In this document: positions 54,899-64,000 of the stretch, piece by piece
Numbering within the stretch: the stretch's first letter is position 1
Layout of the letters: every line of letters starts with the position of its first letter
From: Antedon mediterranea
Lineage: Eukaryota; Animalia; Echinodermata
NCBI RefSeq assembly: GCF_964355755.1
Contig: NC_092670.1
Location: 8,174,201-8,238,200, forward strand
Length of the DNA: 64,000 bases
Reading direction: 5' to 3'
Translations under genes and position numbers: made by a program
The notes under the pieces: model-generated
The model's input: the letters and a program-made list of their open reading frames with translations, nothing else
What the model was told of the DNA's origin: nothing
The model's database searches: none

Positions 54899-55660
54899 AG
54901 AGAAAACAAGAAATAACCTGTTCTAAAAAACGGTCTGTAGTGTCTATATACTTATCTGAATTGACCAGTCTAGATGGAAATTCTACAAAAACTTTGAAAA
55001 CTGTAGTTTGGAAATTTATTCTTCTATCTGATAAGTGAAAATGACTAGCAGCATGTACATGAAAGGGTACAACTGGCATACGCATGCGCGGTACTCTCTC
55101 GTACTACTCCGTAGCGACATAGGCTGATGACGAAATAGAACTAATAATTAATAGTAATAAATGGTTTTGGTTATAATTATTGACTTGTAAAATATATTCG
55201 TAAGTCTTTTGCTAAATGAATGTCGATTTAAATTGAATAGTCTCTTTCTATTAAGGCTTGACTAGGCCTGTAGTAAAAAATCATAGTGTTAGTATGCCCA
55301 GCAAAAAAAAAAGTGGGAGGGCAGCAAAACCCTGATCCCCCTGAGCCTATACCGGACTATATAATAAGTATTTATATCAGCCTTATTATATATATATATA
55401 GTAAATTAAAGAACTGCAACATCGTTTTAGTCATATGGTACACTACCACCCATCTTTGAGTGAATATTCCTGGAGTTGAATCCTTTGTTATAAAAAAAAA
55501 TGCATACCGTTTACAAATTTAATATTAAAACAATCCATTTGTTTAAATGTTTTTGTTAAAATAAGTGGTACAGTAATTGGAAATATAACAAACATAATAA
55601 AGTAAAGAAAAAGAGTAATCAAAATTATAAATAGAGAAAATATACTCGTTTTTTGAATTG

Positions 55661-56606
55661 AACTCGTCACGGTGACGAGTTAGGCTATCCCGCAATGCAT
55701 CGTAACATACAGATGCTATATATTAGGCTTAACCTACAGTAAGCTGCACCACAACTATTGTTGAAACAGCATAGCATCGATCAAAATCGTTCAACAAGCG
55801 TCAACAGTTGACTGTTTTGGCATTGTAGACGGTTTAGTTGACGGTTAGTTTTTATTTTACACCGCTCACATTTATTTAATTGTTTGAATATGATGAAATT
55901 AAAAATAAAGTTAATGTGTCTGAAGGAGAATGTTTTAAGTAATAACGTTATTGAAAATTGGAAGGAAATTGATAACGTGTATGCGATATGCGCTCTATTG
56001 AATGTGACGAACTGTGTCGAAAGAGAAAAAATTCCTATATTTTACATTTGTGTGGCCATATGCCCGTGTGTCATTATTTTTTCATTCATAATTCATCAAA
56101 TATGAAAGAAATATATCATAAAACTATAAAAAAGCAATATTCAAGCACAAAAACGGGCTTTCTATGCTGCGTACGGGCTAAGTGCGCCAAAGCGTGCGCG
56201 GAACGCACATCTGAAATGCTTGAAATGTCCTGAAACGTGTAGAAAGTTGATTAGAAATTGATTTTGAGCATTTTTAACTTTCAAAGCGTGCTTACGCACG
56301 AAAATACCAATGTTGAAAATTTTGCTGATGATACAGGAAGATGACCCTTGACATGAAGCATACATGTGTCAAGTGGTATTTAAAAATATTTATTGGTTTT
56401 CAATTTATAGTCAATCTACGCGAAAATATTTTCATTAAACCAAAGTTTCTTGCACAACTACATATATACGCGCATCTGCTGGCCAACTTACAACATAACT
56501 GCTACCGCCGTATTTTAGATCTGCATGCAACAAAAAATGAGCAAAAAAATTGAAATTTTTGACAATAACAATAGGCTATCGCTCTACAGATAGCGATAGC
56601 CTAATA
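55661..56606. mobile_element. Helentron/DINE-like non-autonomous element
   Basis: Terminal palindrome aactcgtcacggtgacgagtt, subterminal IR taggctatc/gatagccta, hairpin at the other end. Confidence 0.6.
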
Positions 56607-57133
56607 AAAATAATAGAAATCAATTTTAGAAAAGAAAACTTTAAGTTTAAATTTTGCATATTAATTGTATTTTGGAATGAAGTTATTGACATATTTTTAA
56701 AGTTTAAAGTAATATAAGTGCATTCTAGCTTTTAGATGAACGATAAGTAAAAAGGGGTGTTGCCTTGAAAACAATTCCAGGTGGGGAAAACTAAATCGTA
56801 TCCTAATACTGTAGTATTAAAAGTCAATTTTTACTTCACAAGCTGCATCTATTTCAGCTTCGGTTACAGTACCTGCTTTTGCCGTCTGGAATAATAATAC
56901 AGTACTGTATTTAATAATGTATTATTATAAATAATTTGTAAACTATGGAAGTTTTCTTCCATAGTTATTTATAATTTTTTTAGCCTACAAAAGTTTCATT
57001 CTTTTTGCCTTTTTAGTTGTTTTTTATGGATTTATCTTTAAACAAATCAGTGAAAACAATTCTCAAACCATGAATAGTCTATTATTATTAGTTAATTTAA
57101 CAGCATATTTTCTTTCAGATTACAGAATACAGC

Positions 57134-60100
57134 ATGAAATATAAATGTGAACACTGTGGAGTTAAGTTGGAATTCAGTGACTTGAAAGAACATTTAGGAT
57201 TACACACTCATTCTAAAGAAATAAAATGTGAGCTCTGTGAACATACAATTGACAAGTGTAAGCTACATAACCAGACACCATATGAATGTGATCATGAGGA
57301 GGAAGGAAATCGGAATTTGAAAAAACATTTGAGGACAAACACAGGAGAGACACCATATGAATGTGAGCATGAGAAGGAAGGAAATCGGAATTTGAAAAAA
57401 CATTTGAGCACAAACACAGGAGAAACACCATATGAATGTGAGCATGAGAAGGAAGGAAATCGGAATTTGAAAAAACATTTGAGCACAAACACAGGAGAGA
57501 CACCATATGAATGTGAGCATGAGAAGGAAGGAAATAGGAATTTGAAAAAACATTTGAGCACAAACACAGGAGAGACACCATATGAATGTGAGCATGAGAA
57601 AGTAGGAAATCAGAATTTGAAAAAACATTTGAGCACAAACACAGGAGAGACACCATATGAATGTGAGCATGAGAAAGAAGGAAATCGGAATTTGAAAAAA
57701 CATTTGAGAACAAACACAGGAGAGACACCATATGAATGTGAGCATGAGAAGGAAGGAAATCGAAATTTGAACAAACATTTGAGCACAAACACAGAAGAGA
57801 CACCATATGAATGTGAGCATGAGAAGGAAGGAAATAGGAATTTGAAAAAACATTTGAGCACAAACACAGGAGAGACACCATATGAATGTGAGCATGAGAA
57901 AGTAGGAAATCAGAATTTGAAAAAACATTTGAGCACAAACACAGGAGAGACACCATATGAATGTGAGCATGAGAAAAAAGGAAATTGGAATTTGAAAAAA
58001 CATTTGAGAACAAACACAGGAGAGACACCATATGAATGTGAGCATGAGAAGGAAGGAAATCGAAATTTGAACAAACATTTGAGGACAAACACAGGTGAGA
58101 CACCATATGAATGTGAGCATGGGAAAGAAGGAAATCGGAATTTGAAAAAACATTTGAGAACAAACACAGGAGAGACACCATATGAATGTGAGCATGAGAA
58201 GGAAGGAAATCGAAATTTGAACAAACATTTGAGGACAAACACAGGTGAGACACCATATGAATGTGAGCATAAGAAGGAAGGAAATTGGAATTTGAACAAG
58301 CATTTGAGGACAAACAAAGGAAAGACACCATATGAATGTGAGCATGAGAAGGAAGGAAATCAGAATTTGAAAAAACATTTGAGGACAAACACAGGAGAGA
58401 CACCATATGAATGTGGGCATGAGAAGGAAGGAAATCGGAATTTGAAAAAACATTTGAGCACAAACGCAGGAGAGACACCATATGAATGTGAACATTGCGG
58501 GAAGAAATTCAAATGGAAGTCAACTTTTAAAACACATTTGAGAACACACAAAAGAGAGACACCATATGAATGTCAAAATTGTGGAAAGAAATTTAAACAA
58601 AGCTGGAATAGGAAAATGCATTTGAGAAAACACACAAGAGAGACACAATATGAATGTGAACATTGTGGTAAGAAATTTAAACAAAATGGAAATTTAAAGA
58701 TTCGTTTGAGAAAACACACAGGAGAGACACCATATGATTGTGAAAAAGAGAAGGAAGGAAATCTGAATTTAAAAAAACATTTGAGCACAAACATGGGAGA
58801 GACACCATATGAATGTAAGCATGAGAAGGAAGGAAATCGGAATTTGAAAAAACATTTGAGCACAAACACAGGAGAGACACCATATGAATGTGAACATTGC
58901 GGGAAGAAATTCAAATGGAAGTCAACTTTGAAAGCACATTTGAGAACACACAAAACAGAGACACCATATGAATGTCAAAATTGTGCGAAAAAATTTAAGC
59001 AAAGCTGGAATTTGAAAATGCATTTGAGAAAACACACAAGAGAGACACAATATCAACGTGAACATTGTGGTAAGAAATTTAAACAAAATGGAAATTTAGA
59101 GATTCGTTTGAGAAAATACACAGGAGAGACACCATATGATTGTGAACATGGTGGTAAGAAATTGAAACAAAATGGAAATTTAGAGATTCGTTTGAGAAAA
59201 TACAAAAGAGAGGCACCATATGAATGTGAACATTGTGGAAAGAAATTTAAACTAAATGGAAATTTGAAGATACATTTGAGAATACACACAGGAAAGACAC
59301 CATATGAATGTGAACATTGTGGTAAGAAATTTAAACTCAATGGAAGTTTGAAGATACATTTGAGAATACACACAGGAGAGACACCATATGAATGTGAACA
59401 TTGTGGTAAGAAATTTAAACAAAATGGAAATTTGAAGATACATTTGAGAAAACACACAGGAGAGACACCATATGAATGTGAACATTGTGGTAAGAAATTT
59501 AAACTAAATGGAAATTTGAAGATGCATTTGAAAACACACACAGGAGAGACACCATATGAATGTGAACATTGTGGTAAGAAATTTAAACACAGTGGGGACT
59601 TGAAAAGACATTTGAGAATACACACAGGAGATACACCTTATGAATGTGAACATTGTGGGAAGAAATTTAAACGAAGCTGGAATTTGAAAATGCATTTGAG
59701 AACACACACAGGAGAGACACCATATGAATGTGAACATTGTGGTAAGAAATTTAAACACAATGGGGACTTGAAAAGACATTTGAGAATACACACAGGAGAG
59801 ACACCATATGAATGTGAACATTGTGGTAAGAAATTTAAACACAATGGGGACTTGAAAAGACATTTGAGAATACACACAGGAGAGGCACCATATGAATGTG
59901 AACATTGTGGTAAGAAATTTAAACTAAGGTGGAATTTGAAAGTTCATTTGGGAACACACACAAGAGAGACACCATATGAATGTGAACATTGTGGTAAGAA
60001 ATTTAAACAAAATGGAAATTTGAAAATACATTTGAGAACACACACAGCAGGGACTCCATATGAATGTCAACATTGTGGACAGAAATTTAAACAAAATGGA

Positions 60101-60988
60101 AATTTGAAAATGCATTTGAGAACACACACAGGAGAGACACCATATGAATGTGAACATTGTTGTAAGAAATGTAAACACAATGGGGACTTGAAAAGACATT
60201 TGAGAATACACACAGGAGAGGCACGATATGAATGTGCACATTGTGGTAAGAAATTTAAACTAAATGGAAATTTCAAGATTCATTTGAGAATACACACAGG
60301 AGAGACACCATATGAATGTGAACATTGTGGACAGAAATTTAAACAAAATGGAAATTTGAAGATACATTTGAGAACACACACTAGAGACGAACCATATGAA
60401 TGTGAACATTGTGGTAAGAAATTTAAACAAAATGGAAATTTGAAAATGCATTTGAGAACACACACAGGAGAGACACCATATGAATGTGCACATTGTGGTA
60501 AGAAATTTAAACACAATGGGGACTTGAAAAGACATTTGAGAATACACACAGGAGAGGCACCATATGAATATGCACATTGTGGACAAAAATTTAAACAAAA
60601 TGGAAATTTAAAGATGCATTTGAGAACACACACAGGAGAGGCACCATATGAATGTGCACATTGTGGTAAGAAATTTAAACACAATGAGGACTTGAAAAGA
60701 CATTTGAGAATACACACAAGAGAGGCACCATATGAATGTGAACATTGTGGTAAGAAATTTAAACAAAATGGGGTTTTGAAAAGACATTTGAGAACACACA
60801 CAAAAAAGGCATCATATGAATGTGAACATCGTGGTAAGAAATTTAAACAAAATGGGGTTTTGAAAAGACATTTGAGAACACACACAAGAAAGGCATCATA
60901 TGAATGTGAACATTGTGGAACGAAATTTACACGGAATGCTACTTTGAATGCACATTTAAAAACACATAACACACCTTATGAAATTTAA
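57134..60988 (+). CDS. Tandem C2H2 zinc-finger protein, 1284 aa; recent paralog of 755..3403
   Basis: Near-identical N- and C-termini; 16+2 degenerate 25-aa repeats, ~28 fingers; acceptor tttctttcag at 57118. Confidence 0.93.
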   Translation: MKYKCEHCGVKLEFSDLKEHLGLHTHSKEIKCELCEHTIDKCKLHNQTPYECDHEEEGNRNLKKHLRTNTGETPYECEHEKEGNRNLKKHLSTNTGETPYECEHEKEGNRNLKKHLSTNTGETPYECEHEKEGNRNLKKHLSTNTGETPYECEHEKVGNQNLKKHLSTNTGETPYECEHEKEGNRNLKKHLRTNTGETPYECEHEKEGNRNLNKHLSTNTEETPYECEHEKEGNRNLKKHLSTNTGETPYECEHEKVGNQNLKKHLSTNTGETPYECEHEKKGNWNLKKHLRTNTGETPYECEHEKEGNRNLNKHLRTNTGETPYECEHGKEGNRNLKKHLRTNTGETPYECEHEKEGNRNLNKHLRTNTGETPYECEHKKEGNWNLNKHLRTNKGKTPYECEHEKEGNQNLKKHLRTNTGETPYECGHEKEGNRNLKKHLSTNAGETPYECEHCGKKFKWKSTFKTHLRTHKRETPYECQNCGKKFKQSWNRKMHLRKHTRETQYECEHCGKKFKQNGNLKIRLRKHTGETPYDCEKEKEGNLNLKKHLSTNMGETPYECKHEKEGNRNLKKHLSTNTGETPYECEHCGKKFKWKSTLKAHLRTHKTETPYECQNCAKKFKQSWNLKMHLRKHTRETQYQREHCGKKFKQNGNLEIRLRKYTGETPYDCEHGGKKLKQNGNLEIRLRKYKREAPYECEHCGKKFKLNGNLKIHLRIHTGKTPYECEHCGKKFKLNGSLKIHLRIHTGETPYECEHCGKKFKQNGNLKIHLRKHTGETPYECEHCGKKFKLNGNLKMHLKTHTGETPYECEHCGKKFKHSGDLKRHLRIHTGDTPYECEHCGKKFKRSWNLKMHLRTHTGETPYECEHCGKKFKHNGDLKRHLRIHTGETPYECEHCGKKFKHNGDLKRHLRIHTGEAPYECEHCGKKFKLRWNLKVHLGTHTRETPYECEHCGKKFKQNGNLKIHLRTHTAGTPYECQHCGQKFKQNGNLKMHLRTHTGETPYECEHCCKKCKHNGDLKRHLRIHTGEARYECAHCGKKFKLNGNFKIHLRIHTGETPYECEHCGQKFKQNGNLKIHLRTHTRDEPYECEHCGKKFKQNGNLKMHLRTHTGETPYECAHCGKKFKHNGDLKRHLRIHTGEAPYEYAHCGQKFKQNGNLKMHLRTHTGEAPYECAHCGKKFKHNEDLKRHLRIHTREAPYECEHCGKKFKQNGVLKRHLRTHTKKASYECEHRGKKFKQNGVLKRHLRTHTRKASYECEHCGTKFTRNATLNAHLKTHNTPYEI

Positions 60989-61070
60989 ATGGAAGCCAAC
61001 TTTGAAAGCACATTTGAGAGAACACACAAGAGACACAATATGAACGTGAACATTGTGGGAAGAAATTTAA

Positions 61071-61244
<174 letters not shown>

Positions 61245-61286
61245 TAAACAAAATGGAGAATTAAAAATATGGAACAGACCATATGA

Positions 61287-61418
<132 letters not shown>

Positions 61419-62179
61419 TAAAAAGACATTTAAGAACACAAAAAATGATAAACACTTTGGGGAAAAAAATAAACAAAATGATACTTTCACACCACACACA
61501 GAAGAAAGACCATGTGACGATTATGGAAGAAATGCAATACAGAACAAAATGTAAGAAATACACCAACACAAAACAGTTGGGGTGGGGGCGGAAATTAACA
61601 AAATGAAAGCACCCAGAAACTGATATTTCGGCCCAAGTTAAAAAATGTGCCCAAATATGGTAGTGATATGACATGTCCATAAATGGGTCACAATTTTTTT
61701 GTCTCATAAATTTTGATAGCGTAGACAGCTTTAGAGCAACAAAAGAATATAAATTTTGTGGGAAAATAATTGTACTTTTGAACACACAGTGGTGATTTTA
61801 AGGAACATTTTAGAAAACAAACAAGAGATACACTACATTATTATAAATGTGAACATTGTGCGAAGAAATTTAAAGTGATAATTTGAAAAGACATGTGAGA
61901 ATTCACATGAGAGAGAATTAATAGGTTAAGTTTGAATATTTTTTGGGGAAAATCAACAGAAATATTTATTTCAGATAAATGAGTTACTATAATGCAGTAC
62001 TCATTAATTTGAGCCATAATAATTGAAGAATATAATTATGTAGATTACTGTATTCCCTGATACAAAAAACTAATACATAGAAGTTTTTAAAGAGTTTTAA
62101 GATTTAATATTATAAAACAATGTCAATCAAGCAAATCAAACAAAATAGATAATAATAAACCATTCCAAAGTGAGAATTT

Positions 62180-62780
62180 AAAAAAAAAACATTTTAGAAC
62201 TCGCACAATGAATCTGAATATTGTGAGAATAAAAAAAACATTTTAGAACTCGCACAATGAATCTGAATATTGTGAGAATAAAAAAAAACATTTTAGAACT
62301 CGTACAATGAATCTGAATATTGTGAGAATAAAAAAAAACATTTTAGAACTCGCACAATGAATCTGAATATTGTGAGAATAAAAAAACCATTTTAGAACTC
62401 GCACAATGAATCTGAATATTGTGAGATAAAAAAAAACATTTTAGAACTCGCACAATGAATCTGAATATTGTGAGAATAAAAAAAACATTTTAGAACTCGC
62501 ACAATGAATCTGAATATTGTGAGAATAAAAAAACATTTTAGAACTCGCACAATGAATCTGAATATTGTGAGAATAAAAAAATCATTTTAGAACTCGCACA
62601 ATGAATCTGAATATTGTGAGAATAAAAAAAAACATTTTAGAACTCGCACAATGAATCTGAATATTGTGAGAATAAAAAAAACATTTTAGAACTCGCACAA
62701 TGAATCTGAATATTGTGAGAATAAAAAAAACATTTTAGAACTCGCACAATGAATCTGAATATTGTGAGAATAAAAAAAAC
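62180..62780 (+). repeat. ~49-bp minisatellite x12 derived from a decayed zinc finger
   Basis: Unit (a)n-cattttagaactcgcacaatgaatctgaatattgtgagaat; single copy at 4516..4570 in the paralog. Confidence 0.92.
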
Positions 62781-63159
62781 ATTTAAAAATATACACTGCA
62801 GAGACACAACACAATATAAATGAAATTTGTGGAAAAAAATTTAAAACTAATATTCAACAACATTTAAGATTACATTTGAGGATACACACAAGAGAGAAAA
62901 CATACTGTACTGTATAAATGTTAATGTTCTGTGTGTTGCTGTTTTTTGTTTTGTTTAAAGTACACACACACTTTCAATTCTAAATGTACACTCTTTTACT
63001 TATTAGTTAGTAAATTGTTGTTATAACATTTATTATAGTACTATGATACCTACAGTAGGACTTAATTATTGTATTATTTTAATTCACTTTATTATAACAT
63101 TATACATTTTTGGTTTTGTTTACACTTTGTTTCGTTTGTGAAATTTTTTTCAAAAATTA

Positions 63160-63872
63160 TAATAAAGCCTTTCTATGATTTATAATGTACAGTAGCCTTC
63201 CTATGTAATAAAGCCTTTCTATGATTTATAATGTACAGTAGCCTTCCTATGTGATAAAGCCTTTCTATGATTTATAATGTACAGTAGCCTTCCTATGTGA
63301 TAAAGCCTTTCTATGATTTATAATGTACAGTAGCCTTCCTATGTAATAAAGCCTTTCTATGATTTATAATGTACAGTAGCTATCCTATGTAATAAAGCCT
63401 TACTAAGATTTATAATGTACAGTAGCCTTCCTATGTAATAAAGCCTTTCTATGATTTATAATGTACAGTAGCCTTCCTATGTAATAAAGCCTTTCTATGA
63501 TATATAATGTACAGTAGCCTTCCTATGTAATAAACCCTTTCTATGATTTATAATGTACAGTAGCCTTCCTATGTAATAAACCCTTTCTATGATTTATAAT
63601 GTACAGTAGCCTTCCTATGTAATAAACCCTTTCTATGATTTATAATGTACAGTAGCCATCCTATGTACTAAAGCCTTACTAAGATTTATAATGTACAGTA
63701 GCCTTCCTATGTAATAAAGCCTTTCTATGATTTATAATGTACAGTAGCCTTCCTATGTAATAAAGCCTTTCTATGATTTATAATGTACAGTAGCCTTCCT
63801 ATGTAATAAAGCCTTTCTATGATTTATAATGTACAGTAGCCTTCCTATGTAATAAAGCCTTTCTATGATTTT
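63160..63872 (+). repeat. 46-bp minisatellite, ~15 copies
   Basis: Same unit as 6240..6636. Confidence 0.95.
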
Positions 63873-64000
63873 TATTTCAAAGTAAGAGTTTTCTTTTATA
63901 GTCGGTTTTTGTAACAATAAAATCAAGTTTTATTCATATATATTCAAGATACTGTATTATATACTATTTTCTTTGTGTATATTTGTAAACACATGGCGAC

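Larger units (their letters stand above)
49984..55140 (-). mobile_element. Full-length degenerate DIRS1-type tyrosine-recombinase retrotransposon
   Basis: Gag, RT, RNase H, MT and YR ORFs; non-identical ITRs; internal complementary region 50172..50300 matching both ends, junction ttttcaatt|ctatttcg. Confidence 0.93.

Noticed and set aside
55120-55140. Hammerhead-like ctgatga..gaaa in DIRS termini (also 50194 and 24915)
   Set aside because: No helix II or III can form; part of an ITR or exon sequence

Overview
AT-rich animal (invertebrate-like, species not determinable here) genomic window with two parts. (1) A head-to-tail cluster of C2H2 zinc-finger genes, all on the + strand: 755, 8022 (frameshifted), a 5'-truncated fragment at ~15812, 20475, 25718 and 57134. 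The first ~6.8 kb and the last ~7.7 kb are the two copies of a ~56-kb-period segmental duplication. (2) A ~28-kb transposon nest (28.1-56.6 kb) containing hAT-like MITEs with 5- and 8-bp TSDs, a degenerate full-length DIRS tyrosine-recombinase retroelement, a Kolobok-like MITE and a four-level nest. In that nest a foldback MULE (8-bp TSD) holds a 15-kb MULE (9-bp TSD), which holds a 3.5-kb palindromic element with FEN1/XPG-like plus CXC remnants, which holds a tRNA-SINE. The main hidden signal is in the 15-kb MULE. A 10-exon minus-strand gene can be spliced by hand with all GT-AG phases compatible; it joins an N-terminal OTU-like cysteine protease (deubiquitinase fold) to a GCM-like/DDE/SWIM Mutator transposase (~1180 aa, one frameshift). 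All calls are from manual reading; no database searches were run.
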